In this document: positions 26,456 to 39,831 of the stretch, in pieces
Layout of the letters: each line of letters opens with the position of its first letter
Position numbering within the stretch: position 1 is the stretch's first letter
Assembly (NCBI RefSeq): GCF_006345805.1
Contig: NC_042997.1
Location: forward strand, 193,564,001 to 193,628,000
DNA: 64,000 nucleotides
Source: Octopus sinensis
Lineage: Eukaryota
Direction of reading: 5' to 3'
Translations under genes and position numbers: made by a program
Notes under the pieces: model-generated
Seen by the model: the letters and a program-made list of their open reading frames with translations, nothing else
Database searches by the model: none
What the model was told of the DNA's origin: nothing

Positions 26456-26520
26456 TATATGTATGTATATATATATGTATGTATGTATGTATATATATAT
26501 ATATATATTTTTACATATAT
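25850..26520. repeat. Large compound (CA)/(TA)/(TATG) microsatellite
   Basis: Direct reading. Confidence 0.95.
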
Positions 26521-26779
26521 GTATTTATGTGCGTTAGTTAGTATGTATACATGAAAAAATCAGACGTATTAATTTCATAATTTCGTGTTTTCCTATGTCG
26601 AAGTAAGTTTCTAAGATGGCTCCTTACCATTTGTAAAGACATCAAACAGACGAATATATATTCTTACCCCATGAGTTTTGAAACTCATGATGTAAGAATT
26701 TCTATATTAAACAACTTTAGAAATAAACTGGTGTTACAGAATTCTTGAGAATTTATATATATATATATATATATAAATA

Positions 26780-27192
26780 GGCGTAGGAGTGGCTGTGTGG
26801 TAAGTAGCTTGCTTACGAATCACATGGTTCCGTGTTCAGTCCCACTGCGTGGCACCTTGGGCAAGTGTCTTCTGCTATAGCCTCGGGCCGACCAAAACCT
26901 TGTGAGTGGATTTGGTAGACGGAAACTGAAAGAAGCCGGTCGTATTTATGTATGTATATATATATGTATGTGTGTGTATGTTTGAGTGTCTGTGTTTGAC
27001 CCCCAACATCGCTTGACAACCGTTGCTAGTGTGTTTACGTCCTCGTAACTTAGCGGTTCGGCAAAACAGACCGATAAAATAAGTACTAGGCTCACAAAGA
27101 ATAAGTCTTGGGGTCGATTTCCTCACCTAAAGGCGGTGCTCCAGCATGGCCGCAGTCAAATGACTGAAACAAGCAAAAGAATAAAAGAGTAA
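26780..27192 (+). mobile_element. tRNA-derived SINE family D (full length)
   Basis: GGCGTAGGAGTGGCTGTGTGGTAAG..GTTCAGTCCC head, internal TA/TG tract, tail (AAAAGAG)n. Confidence 0.88.
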
Positions 27193-27210
27193 AAGAGTAT
27201 ATGTATATAC

Positions 27211-27286
<76 letters not shown>

Positions 27287-27494
27287 CAGTTGGTGTATTT
27301 TCTACACCGTTGATTATACGTTTCCAGCCAGCCGATCTGTTCACTGTTTTTTAATGACGAGTGTGATAAGGGAGTGTCTGTAATTCGGTGCAGAACAAAT
27401 ATCGAATGGAATTCAATTGAAGAGAGCAGTGTATTTTATGGTGATAGTTGTTGGCAGTTGTAGTTGTTATTCCCAGATGAACAGTAATCGTCAA

Positions 27495-27925
27495 CACAAT
27501 TTCTAGTTAACTAAACACTTTTACGGAAAATGGGATTTTTTTCTAGCGGTGTCAAATGAAAATGTCACCCATAATTATAACCCTAGTATCGATCTATTGC
27601 ATTTCAATCTGTTTTAGGGTTAGGGTTAGTTAGAGTTAAGGTTAGGGGTGGGGGAAGGGTATCTTTTTTTCTTCGCAAATGTAAATAAACCCAATCTGTT
27701 TCTTAAAGGAGGGACATATTCATACAGCACGGAATGTTTTCACCCCAAATGGACTCCACCGATTGGTTAAAATTGCAGAAATGCTCGATTTTAAAGTGGA
27801 AATATCTTACAAACTATAGAATTTTCTCAATAAAGCCAAACACATTCTACCAGTATACGAAGTTTAAAAGTGTTTAGTTAACTAGAAATTGTGTTGAAAA
27901 CTGCCGTTCAAAAGGAAAAGATCCC
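27495..27925. mobile_element. MITE with internal TTAGGG repeats (left end rearranged)
   Basis: Homologous to 37082-37513; right TIR CTGCCGTTCAAAAGGAAAAGATCC. Confidence 0.75.
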
Positions 27926-27967
27926 ATTTCCTTGTTGACCCGACATAAAGCGACCACGAGGCAAATA

Positions 27968-28440
27968 TCTCTTATTATAAAAGGCAGATTTTATCTGCCT
28001 CCCTTTGTAACTTATAGAAATCTACAATATAGGATTTCTTCAATTACAATTTACCTAGCATTTTTAAGAGTAGAATGCATCGGGTCATGCCAGGTCCGGT
28101 TTTTAAAATTTCAACCCCAATTAAGGAAAATTTAGAGAAAACTCACATTCTGGTGTATATGTCAAATGTTTTTCTTAATGTGGGATACACCACACGCAAA
28201 CGCACACACACACAAAGGGAGCGACTGTTTCACTGACGCTATCACCCTTCTCCTCCTTTGTCTTTGCAAGTTTGCAGCTATTAAAGTGAAAACAGTGAAT
28301 CCGACAGCGATTAAGAAAATGAATTGGTACCTGAATGGAGTGAAAATTTAAAAACTGTTTCTTTCGGTGATTTTTCTGAAGAAACTGCACCAAGCCACAG
28401 ACTTTCCCAGAAGAGTATAAAGCCTTAAACTATTTCTTTT
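27968..28440 (+). mobile_element. Helitron-like family H3, 5' part
   Basis: A|TCTCTTATTATAAAAGGCAGATTTTATCTGCC; homologous to 9820-10016; right boundary approximate. Confidence 0.7.
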
Positions 28441-29037
28441 TACTTTTTCGAATGAGCCTATTTGAAATCATTACGCTAAACGTAAACAAAGCGAAAGAAA
28501 GGATAGTTTGTTATTTCCCACAACCTTAAATTAAATTAAGGCCTATTTTGCCATAAATATTATTATGGGTATCAGAAAGTTACCCAGAATAACAAATTCT
28601 ATCGTAAAATTTTGTTGTATACCCAATTGAATATTAGCTAATAACCCATTTTCTATAGCAATGTTTGAACAAAATTTTAATAATTTTATATATTGTTGAA
28701 TTTACCTGTATCTACCTGCAATTAGAGTCACTTTGTGACAAAAATTATAGTGTAGAATTGGTTGAGAATATTTCATTAAATTATCTTCCAAAAATCAGAT
28801 TAATATATTGATAAATAAAAAAGTTATAGTTGTTTAATGAAACCAGACTAAATTTATGATTACGTTAGAAATTAATTGAAACACATAAGGGGTGCAATTT
28901 GGTCAGAAATATAGTAACGAAAGGGTTAAGAAAAACCAAAAAATATTTTATTCTTTATAAATGTTGTATTCAAAATAACATTTTCTTTTAAGAATGTGTA
29001 TATAACAAAGTATGTGTATATAACTACGTGACTTATA

Positions 29038-29432
29038 TCTTTATATATAAGAGTGAAGTTGTGTGTCTGTCTCCTACGATTTAGATTTGTAACGACTCCC
29101 ACATTTTGCGGTGCAGTGTAACCAAAACCGGGTATCTTATAGTCGTGATTCATATCGAGCCCTTCTGGGTATTAGCGCGCGTCTACGATGAGTCTACGAT
29201 TTTAAAAAATTTACCATCATATTTTTCCATTTTAATGCATTTTTTTGCTATTATGTAAGGGAAGTAACTCTCTAAAAATATCTACGATGTGTCAACGATT
29301 TAAAAAGAAATTTACCTTAATTTTTTTTCCATTTTTAATGCATTTTTTTCCTATTTTTGGCTAGAACTCTCTAAAAATGCTTATATAGTTATTTCCCTTA
29401 CAAACCCGAGCAACGCCGGGCGATACTGCTAG
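29038..29432 (+). mobile_element. Non-autonomous Helitron family H1 (complete)
   Basis: A|TC start; 3' hairpin CCCGAGCAACGCCGGG + CTAG|T. Confidence 0.9.
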
Positions 29433-30588
29433 TCTATTATATAAAATCCGTTTTGTCTGTGTGTGTGTCTGCTAGGATCACAGGCATCCTCCATCCGATT
29501 GCACTCAAATTTGATATGTAGATACCGACGGTATCAGGGCGTGTATAAGTCTTGAAAAAATTGCAAAAATCGATTCCAGGTGAAAATGCGATCGATAAAG
29601 CCGTGGGAACGTGCATTTGTACGCGCATGTACATCAGCCGTTGCGATCGATACTACGCATACGCGAGAAAAATGCACGTGCACTCTGCGCAAAAAAGCCG
29701 GCTGGCTTGAAATAATGCCGCAAAATGCAGTATATTTAAGAGACCAAAAAAGTAAGAGATATTTTCTTCAAACTTGGCGTGAAGGAAGGAAAGACTATTT
29801 GGTTTCTCAAGAAGTTTCTTTTTTTGCCTTAACTTCGTTTAACAAAACCTAAAATTTTATTGAAATAAAGGCATGCTTAATTATTTTTTAATGAAAAGAA
29901 AACACTGATTGCTTTTTATTCAAGGAAGAAAATACTATTTTCATGCTAATAAATGATTTTTGTTGCCTTACAGCTTTAAACCAAAAGAGTGTGTTTTTAG
30001 TGAAAGAAAACCATTATTGTATTCAATCAAGATTGTTTGAGTTTTATTTCAAGGTGAATGAAGTCAAAATACTTCAATTTTAGAAACAAAAGACTGTTTG
30101 CTTGCTTCTTAATCGTGCAACATTTGCATTTTCTAAACGCACACAATTGACCAGTTTTTTTTTAATGAAAATGTGATACTTTTGCATTTTAAATTATAAT
30201 TGTTGTTGTTTCAAAGGTATTGGTATTTTCACGGCGAGAAGACAGTTATTTCCCTAAAGTTGAAGTTCAATTGCATAGCAATTACATTAAAAAATTTTTT
30301 ACACCTTGCCTTTTTGTGTTAACATTAAGTGTTCTCCCAGTCAACAGCCTTATCATTACTGGTACTTTAAACTCTTCGGCTGCATATTTGTGTGAATAAA
30401 ATTGTTTTTCTTTGGAATAGACAAAAGTCTATTTTTATTTCTTCTTTTGCTGGCGTCTTAAATTTAGGTTAAATCAGTGTTTCTCAAAGGGGAGGCCTAT
30501 GGGACGGTCAAACATGTTGTTTTGAAAAAAATTGGTTTAAACGTTTGACAACTCAGCACCGTCCATAGGACGGGGGGCGTTTTGCTCG
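29433..30588 (+). mobile_element. Non-autonomous Helitron-like family H2
   Basis: TCTATTATATAAAATCCG start directly after H1; 3' hairpin CCGTCCATAGGACGG then CTCG|T; deleted homologue at 44105-44577. Confidence 0.75.
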
Positions 30589-30612
30589 TATATTTATATA
30601 TACATAATTATT

Positions 30613-30649
<37 letters not shown>

Positions 30650-30656
<7 letters not shown>

Positions 30657-30764
30657 AACTTATAAGAAAGGGCTAAAGAAAAATTATTTCAAAGCCAATA
30701 TGCTGATTCAGCATATTGGCTTTGAAATAATTTTTCTTTAGTCCTTTCTTATAAGTTGTTTATA
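30650..30764. repeat. Near-perfect palindrome (57-bp arms, 1-nt centre)
   Basis: Centre ...AATATGCTGA-T-TCAGCATATT...; one mismatch; abuts (TA)n. Confidence 0.95.
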
Positions 30765-30856
30765 ATTTTAACCGTAAAGGTATTTTAATATGCTGCCACA
30801 TTTCTTGATGGAATTCTTTTCTGTAGAGAAAAAAAAACTTCATCCTATATTAGTAG

Positions 30857-30918
<62 letters not shown>

Positions 30919-31719
30919 GTATCACACTTAATGTATACAGTGTCGTTAGGCCAGTTACTGCAGTATTTTTTCCTGAGATAACATCTCTTATTGACGTACT
31001 GGGTTAAACTGAGAGAGGGAGAGAGAGAGAGATACGATGCATTTCGCCAGATGCGTTTCGGCGTTTCAATTGTGCGTATTATGATATTGTGATTTGATTC
31101 CGTCCTTAGAACTTCAGAATGAAAAGAACCCAAAAGGCCGAAGTACATTTGGCGTTCTTGCTGGCCGCTATAGGGACGACTTTTCGTTTCCCTCCGATAT
31201 TTGTGTTCATCAGAAACGTTATCTCAAGACAAATACCATAGTATCTGGCCTATCAATAGTGTATGTACATTAAGTATGATGCACAGATGGCTATTTTAAT
31301 ATAATGCTGCTTCAGTTAAGTATACTGGATATATAAGGAATATAGCTGCTACCAGTAACTCCTGGTAAACCCGTAAATAAAAGAGTATACGGGACCACCG
31401 AGGTCACCCCTCTGCAATTTTTCTTCCTGCTAGAAATAGCAACCAAATAACCCTCAGACTACATCCTACCATCATTCATGAAAAAGGAACAATACGTTGT
31501 ACTATGTAATACTGGATGTAGAAAACCAAAAGATGGTCACGTTTGGAAAGTCTTTGATCATAAGTATACCCAGAGATGCCCAATGACTGAACAACAACAA
31601 CAACACAGCCTACCCTTTTTTTAAAAAGGGGACCCATCAATCTGAAGAATATCAACTCCCCTTTCTCACTTAAACATATTCCTTTCTCTTTCATCTTTAA
31701 CACTTTCAGTCATATATAT

Positions 31720-32230
31720 ATGCGGCGACCCCATGCTGGAGCACCGCCTTGGAACCTTTTAGTCGAACAAATCGATTCCAGTACTTATTGTTTTAAAGCT
31801 CGGTACTTATTCTCTTAGTCTCTTTTGCCAAATTGATTAGTTATGGGGACGTAAACATACTAACTCCGGTGGTGGGGATAACGCAAAGGCCTCACACACA
31901 CTCACACTCATATATACATATATATGTAAAATATGGTATAATTATAAACAGGGCATATTTTAACAATTTCTCCGCAGTCTGACAGAAACAATGAACGACC
32001 TTAATCGATTTTCGAACCTTATTGGGTTCCCATCACAGGCCTCCACATCACTTCGACAATCTCCAGAGAAACAAACAGCCAAACTGTTTATGTACTCAAC
32101 AAATACGACAGGCTTCTTTCAGTTTCCGTCTAGTAAATCCTCTCACAAGGCTTTGGTCGGCCAGAGGTTAGAGTAGAAGGCACTTTCACAAGGTAACGCG
32201 TCGTGGGGATTGAACCCGGAACCATGGGAT
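31720..32230 (-). mobile_element. Diverged SINE family D, interrupted
   Basis: Tail at 31720-31880, head at 32100-32230. Confidence 0.7.
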
Positions 32231-32296
32231 TGGGAAGCCAACTTCTAACCACACAGCCACACCTGTGCTTAGTGAATCGTTTTCGATGCCTATATA

Positions 32297-32520
32297 GTCG
32301 CTGGCAGAAACGTTAGCACGCCGGGCGAAATGCGTAGCCGTATTTCGTCTGCCGTTACGTTCTGAGTTCAAATTCCGCCGAGGTCGACTTTGCCTTTCAT
32401 CCTTTCTGGGTCGATAAATTAAGTACCAGTTACGCACTGGGGTCGATGTAATCGACTTAATCCGTCTGTCTGTCCTTGTTTGTCTCCTCTATGTTTAGCC
32501 CCTTTTGGGTAATAAAGAAA
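32297..32520 (+). mobile_element. SINE family A monomer
   Basis: Head + central domain + A tail. Confidence 0.88.
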
Positions 32521-32749
32521 CATATATAGTCATGAGCAAACATAAAAAAAACAAAAACTTTTCAGCTTCTTCATCCTTGACCTAGCGGAATAGCCACGAC
32601 TTGACTACTGAAGAGAGAAAGGGTTGCACTAGTAACCACGTTAGTATTCATTTTCAGTGAATTCGAGCCGAGACTGGTGCTACCAATATAAACATTTGTG
32701 CATTTTGCTCCAAAAGACACCAATATGAGAGTTTCTCTCATTCTCTCAT

Positions 32750-32980
32750 GGTATCTGCCATAATATAAAAATAAATTCCCGGTTTCAATGGCGTATGTGT
32801 TCCCCAGCTGGACGGGACGCCAGTCCATCGCAGCGTTACTCATTTTTGCCAGCTGAGTGGATTGGAGCAACGTGAAATGAAGTGTTTTGCTCAAGGACAT
32901 AACGCGTCGCCCGCTCCAGGAATCGAAACCACAATCTTACGATCATGGTGCTGACACCCTAACCACTAAGCCACGCGCCT
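32750..32980 (-). mobile_element. SINE family C variant
   Basis: Head GGCGCGTGGCTTAGTGGTTAGGG on minus. Confidence 0.8.
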
Positions 32981-32999
32981 TAACATCTACCACAATATA

Positions 33000-33233
33000 T
33001 TTTTCTTTACTACCCACAAGGAGCTAAACACAGAGGGGACAAACAAGGACAGACGAACGGATTAAGTCAATTATATCGACCCCAGTGCGTAACTGGTACT
33101 TAATTTATCGACCCCGAAAGGATGAAAGGCAAAGTCGACCTCGGCGGAATTTGAACTCAGAACGTAACGGCAGACGAAATACGGCTACGCATTTCGCCCG
33201 GCGTTCTAACGATTCTGCTAGCTCGCCGCCTTA
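33000..33233 (-). mobile_element. SINE family A monomer with TSD
   Basis: TACCACAATATA on both sides. Confidence 0.88.
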
Positions 33234-33722
33234 AAAAATACCACAATATAGTTTGTTCAAACAGAAAATTGATGTTTAAGTTGGGTTAGATATTACCTTT
33301 CCGTATTAATACTGCCTCTGTCGCTAATGAATATTTTAAAAACTAGTTCCCCGTCTAATCACGACACCAGCGCTTGTTCTGGCGCTGTTATCCTATATAT
33401 CGCTGGCGGGGAGATGAATCGCTGCTATCTTTAGCGGTCGAGCGTCCATCATTGGCGAGACCAAGGAAGGTCAGAATCATGTGATCTGGTAGTGTCGGCA
33501 TTGGAAGTGACGGTGATTTATCTCCCCGCGAGCGCTGTAAACAAGCGTGCATTATGCACCACTTTGTTTAACCTTGCATGTTGTACGTCCCCTTTTATAC
33601 TTACAGCGGCTTTTGGGGTGAATGGGAAATTTGTGATGATTAAAGGTGGCATAGAAATTGCTAGGTTTAACAAAATTAGGACTTCGAACTTTTAAAGCCT
33701 CTACTATGAAGGCTTGCATTTA

Positions 33723-34263
33723 TTGGGTTGTCCGGAAAGTTCGTGCCGATTTTTAAAGGAAAGAAAAAGGTCAATAAATACTTGACATTACATTTTTAAT
33801 CAACCAAATATGAACCATTTTGTTGCACAATGCGTCTCCACCTTTCCTTCAACTTGAAAATACCCTCTTCCCAGAATTGAGGTGGTTTCATGGTAAAGAA
33901 TTCATCAAGGTATCTTTTTACGTCATCCAAGGAACTGAAATTTTTATCATTAAGACTATTTTGCAGAGACCTGAATATGGTGAATATGGAGGGTGGGGTA
34001 ACACATCCCAGCCGAGCTGCAGCAATTTTTATCTGGTTCCCAAAGCATCAAGTGCCGAAAATGAACTTTCTTATCTTCCATTTTAAAGGGTTACAGAATT
34101 AACATAGGTTATAGGAACATAAGCCGTCTTCCACGAAAAGATAGCTTAAACTATGCTCTAAATGGAGGTGTAGTGAAATCCTATTTTATGGACTCAACCA
34201 TGTTCTAAAATAAGTCGAAAGGTAAGCTACTATAAATCGGCATGAACTTTCCGGACAACCCAA
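33723..34263 (-). mobile_element. Internally deleted mariner transposon
   Basis: TA|TTGGGTTGTCCGGAAAGTTCGTGCCGATTT TIRs at both ends; minus strand QLGWDVLPHPPYSP and FRSLQNSLNDKNFSSLDDVKRYLDEFFTMKPPQFWEEGIFKLKERWRRIVQQNGSYLVD*. Confidence 0.92.
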
Positions 34264-34983
34264 TAGCAACGTAGTCCTAGATAAGAAAAGATCTTGGATG
34301 CTCACAGCTGGAACTGTCTTTAAAGATAAGTCTGCTTCTTCTTTGACGAACTGGCGCTGAGCAACAGCAGCAGCAACAACAACATCACCACCAACAACAG
34401 ACCTTATTAAATCAAAACTAATTGATTCTGTAGTTTCCAGTAAGCAGTTTCGTAGAACAAGTCTTGCATTCAAACCAATGACGTGGAATAAAATTTCATA
34501 AGTATGAAACATGACGAGAAGCGTATAATCATGACTTGAGCGCACATATACACAGATACTCACATAGGCACACACAAGTATTGTGTGATATCCGTCATGT
34601 ATATAGACTCACTAAACTGTCTGCATTAGTTGGGATATGGTAATATTATTGCAAAAAGTTATCTTTTATATGTTTGTGTATTTGAATATAACATGGCATA
34701 TTAAATAGGATATACGGAAGGACAAGATTTGTGAAACAGTTGTATACACAAACACGTACATACACTCACTCAACAGTCACATGCATACACTTACACATAC
34801 TCTTATACATTTGCATATCCATATATGTACGCACACATATACCCATGCATAATACATATATATATATATATATAATATATATATATATATACATATATAT
34901 ATGTGTCTATATATATATATACATATATATATATATGTCTATATTTATTTATATATATATGTCTATATATGTATATATATATA

Positions 34984-35027
<44 letters not shown>

Positions 35028-35100
35028 TATATATGTATATATATATATGTCTATATATATGTATATATATGTCTATATATATGCATATATATATGTCTCT

Positions 35101-35133
<33 letters not shown>

Positions 35134-35229
35134 TATATATATATATATACACACAACTATCTGTACATATTCATATATATGTATTCATATATGTGTGTAC
35201 ATATATGCAAATATATGTGCACATGTATG

Positions 35230-35284
<55 letters not shown>

Positions 35285-36224
35285 ATATGAAAGCGTAGTT
35301 TCCAATTTGTTTTCAATATGGAGGCCTTCTAATAAATACTTATTGGTTATCGTAACGATATTTCAAAAGCATATGCTGTGTAAGTCTTAGAAGTCAAGTT
35401 TATCTCCTAAATAGCAAATGATGATATCATTCTGAAAACTGCATTGAGAACATTCGACGAATCGGACAGCTTTAGGGCCGTAAAGGCAACATCCAATTCG
35501 TGATAGAGAAGGAAACATTTTTATTTATTTCAATATTTGCTAACCTTAGAGAGAAAAGTTAAGCTACACTATAATAATACTAAATCGATTTCTTTCGAGC
35601 AGAAAGAATATTCTGGTTGATATCCGTTTCTAGTACCATTTCTAGTTATGCTATTAAACATGTTTGTGTCTCTCGTAAATTGTTAAATGAAGCTAGCATC
35701 TAAATCGGCAGTATAAATTATCACTTCCTGTAAAGATCATTTTGAAAACATACAATAAAATACCAGACTCACGAAGTTTGAAAAATCGCGAGAGCGAAAG
35801 AAAACGGAAATATCAAATTTTAAAATACGTTAAAATATTTTATGATGAAGAACATGACTCCATAATACTGGAAGTAAACAATATTCAGAGGAAGCCAGTT
35901 CAGAGAATAATAGAATATTTATTAGTTTTTATAATTTAATTTGGAATGTAATTTTAGAAGGTATATCGTTGGACGAGCGATAGATTTAGCTTTATCATAA
36001 AATTATAATTCTTTCTAATTTTGGCACAAAACCAATAATTTTGAAGGAAGCGGTTAAATCGTTTATATCGAACCCATTACTTAAGTCGTACTTATTTTAT
36101 CGAGATCGAAAGGATGCAAAGCAACGTAGACTTCGATGGCTTTTGAAGTCAGAACGTAAAGAGCCGGAAGAAATGTCGTTATGCATTTTGTCCGGTGCGG
36201 TAACGTCTCTGTCAGCTTACTGCA

Positions 36225-36632
36225 ATAATAATCCTTTCTACTATAGGCACAAGGCCTGAAATTTGGGGTGAGGGGACCAGTCGATTAGATCGATCCCATA
36301 ATGCAACTGGTACTTAATTTATCGACCCTGAAAGGATGAAAGGCAAAGTTGACCTCGGCGGAATTTGAACTCAGAACGTAACGGCAGATGAAATATCTAT
36401 TTCTTTACTACCCACAAGGGGCTAAACACAGAAAGGACAAACAAGGAGAGACAAACGGATTAAGTCGATTATATCGACCCCAGTGCTTAACTGGTACTTA
36501 TTTAATCGACCCCGAAAGGATGAAAGGCAAAGTCGACCTCGGCGGAATTTGAACTCAGAACGTAGCGGCAGATGAAATATCACTAAGCATTTCGCCCGGC
36601 ATGCTAACGATTCTGCCGGCTCACCGCCTTGC

Positions 36633-36677
<45 letters not shown>

Positions 36678-36893
36678 CTTTTCTACTCTAGGCACAAGGC
36701 CCGGAATTTTTGGGGAGGGAACCAGTCGATTATATCGACTCCAGTACACAACTGGTACTTAATTTATCGACCCCGAAAGGATGAAAGGCAAAGTCGACCT
36801 CGGCGGAATTTGAACTCAGAACGTAACGGCAGATTAAATACCGCTAAACATTTTGCCCGGCGTGTTAACGTTTCTGCCAGCTCGCCACCTTGC

Positions 36894-36895
<2 letters not shown>
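36225..36895 (-). mobile_element. SINE family A dimer plus monomer, each abutting (AAT)n
   Basis: Central domains at ~36330, ~36520, ~36780; heads followed by GCAATAATAAT. Confidence 0.88.
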
Positions 36896-36952
<57 letters not shown>

Positions 36953-37081
36953 TGGTTTCAAATTTTGGTACAAGGCCAGCGATTTCGGGGGAAGGGATAA
37001 ATCGATTACATTGACCCCCAGCACTCAATTGGAACTTCTTAATCACGCAACCAAGGCTGCGCCTGTAGTATTATAGAATTT

Positions 37082-37513
37082 GGATATTTTCGATTTGAAC
37101 GGCAGTTTTTCTAGCGGTGTCATATGAAATTGTCACCCATAATTATGACACTAGTATCGATCTATTGCATTTCAATCTGTTTTAGGGTTAGGGTTAGTTA
37201 GGGTTAGGGTTAGGGGTGGGGAGAAGGGTATCTTTTTTTCTTCAGAAATGTAAATAAACCCAATCTGTTTCTTAAACGAGGGACATATTCATACGGCACA
37301 GAATGTTTTCACTTAAAAGACGTCACTGATTGGTTGAAATTGCAGAAATTGAAGAAAAAACAACAACAAATATCTTACAAACTATAGAATTTTCTCAATA
37401 AAGCCAAGAGAAAATGATGTTTTATAAACACGTTCTACCAGTATACGAAGTTTTAAAGTTTTTAGTTACGTGGAAATTATTTTAAAAAACTGCCGTTCAA
37501 ACCGAAAAGATCC
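37082..37513. mobile_element. Complete MITE (Merlin- or hAT-like) with 8-bp TSD and internal TTAGGG repeats
   Basis: TIRs GGAT(A/C)TTTTCG(A/G)TTTGAACGGCAGTTTTT; TAGAATTT on both sides; TTAGGG copies at ~37183-37215. Confidence 0.85.
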
Positions 37514-37919
37514 TAGAATTTTCAAAAGAAGAAAAGGAAGAACAATCAACGGTAATTGAATAAGCTTGCTATTATAAACTAACAAACTACGACCGTTACT
37601 CACAAACGGGGATGCGTAGCACTAGTTTGTACGATGGTTACGCTGATAGTTTTAGATGTCCACGTAGTTACGTGCAGGAGCTAACACGGACACGCTCTCG
37701 TCGTTCCAACTCTTGATCTAGCGAAATATCCAAAATGTGAAAGCTGGAAAATCTATATATATAAAGATGAAGTTGCCTCTGTGTGTGTGGCAGGTTTTTG
37801 TATTCAACTTAGGAACCTCAAATAGAGAACCCTTGGAATATTATACAAATTTCCACTATGCCACGAACAGATAGTGTCAGGAGTTTGTGGATCTTTGTGG
37901 TTTTCATCACTGTTTACAA

Positions 37920-38297
37920 TCTATACATATAAAGCTGAAGTTGTCTGTGTGTGGAAGGTTTGGTAGCCTTCAACTAACACTATCTCCTCCGAGACCCTGC
38001 GGCGCAAGTTGGCCAAAATTGAGAGTATGATAGAAGAAGGCTTGCTCTTCATTCCGTTGAAGAAAAAATTCAAATCGGACCATGTTAACACCAAAAATTA
38101 TTTGCATCAAAAAGGTGCTTTTTTTCTATGAAAATCCCTATTTTTTACGACTTTTTGACCGCTGTGTCGCCATTTTTCGGTGTATTTCAACCAGAAAAAA
38201 TGTTGATTTAAAGAGAATATCAAGTTACATAATGCAGTCTGCCGTTTTAAGCGCAACTAAAAAAACAAACCCGAGCAACGTCTGGCTATACTGCTAG
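37920..38297 (+). mobile_element. Non-autonomous Helitron family H4 (extra 5' end at 37752)
   Basis: A|TCTATACATATAAAGCTGAAG start; AAACCCGAGCAACGTCTGG..CTAG|T end resembling H1. Confidence 0.85.
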
Positions 38298-38430
38298 TAG
38301 AAGACAAAGTTGAGTGTGGTGGGATAGGAACTCGGAGTGTAGAGCCGGAAAACGCATCCTGTTTGATGTTTTAACGACTCGGCCAGTCGACTGCCATTTT
38401 GATTTAAATATAAACCCGCATATAAACACG

Positions 38431-38539
<109 letters not shown>

Positions 38540-39531
38540 AACGCGCGTACACAAGCATCAATTGCACGCTCATGCACACACATTTATGCATACACTTACA
38601 CACGTACGCACACATACTCTACACATACTCTCATACTCTCATACTCATTCATACACTCACACACGTGAGAACACTTCTATTAGATGTACAAACACACTGA
38701 CAAATCTGTGCTCGATAAATTATTCAGAGAATCTGATACGAACGCTGTCTCTTTGTTTCAGATTTACTCAAGTCGCATTTAGCAGGTTTATTTAATATTC
38801 GTAGACGGATTATTTGTATAGAAACACATTCTGAAGTTCTAAGGACAGAATCAAATCACAATATCATAATACCAAAACATAGATCACAAGGGAGAGATAA
38901 ATAATCATGTCTTGCTTGGAAACCAATTCCAGTTGCTAAACTGGTGACACATCTCTTGGTAATATAATAGATGTTTGTCAATCATCATATTGACGTTGGT
39001 AATTATCTTATCAGCGAATTCTTCACAAAGAAAGTGAAACGACAGTAATTAGATTCTTAGAACAGGCTGATCTTATATTTAAATTTGTTGATCGCCATCT
39101 TAAATTGCAGAGTCATAAAAGCCGTGAAGTATATATAGCTATAACAAGTCGGCACTGGATGTAGTTGCACTACATCTGAATAGAAAGATGATGGTATTTA
39201 CGGGGGGTTTATTAGGCGGAAAGCTTTGATTGTTTAGAAAGTATTTACTAGGGCCAATCAGAAATTTTGTTCCCGCACAGACAGAAGGAATGAAAGTAGA
39301 AATACAAATACAAAGTTAAGTGAGACCAGCTATAGGCGTCCAACTAAAACTACTGACCTATATAGATGAAAAACTATAATCCTGGGACCTATGTATACAT
39401 GTATATAATATATATATAATTATATTTGTATATAATATATATATACATATATATATATGTACATATATATATACATATATACATATATATATTACATATA
39501 TACATACATATATACATATATATATACATAT

Positions 39532-39568
<37 letters not shown>

Positions 39569-39650
39569 AATATATATATCTATATATATATATATATATA
39601 TACATACCTATGTAATACACACACACGCATATATATACATATGTATATGT

Positions 39651-39703
<53 letters not shown>

Positions 39704-39782
39704 GTATTTATATAAAACACACACACACACCACACACACACCACACACACCACACACACACACACACACCACACACACACAT

Positions 39783-39831
<49 letters not shown>

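Noticed and set aside
27615-27650. TTAGGG as a telomere or fusion site
   Set aside because: Only a few copies, internal to a dispersed MITE.
31165-31220. Minus-strand CTGATGA..GAAAC-GAAAA-GTC
   Set aside because: Core and stem III are plausible, but stems I and II do not pair.
34186-34575. 129-aa minus-strand ORF
   Set aside because: Runs from a CA-rich tract through CAG/CAA repeats into a mariner TIR; no recognisable domain.
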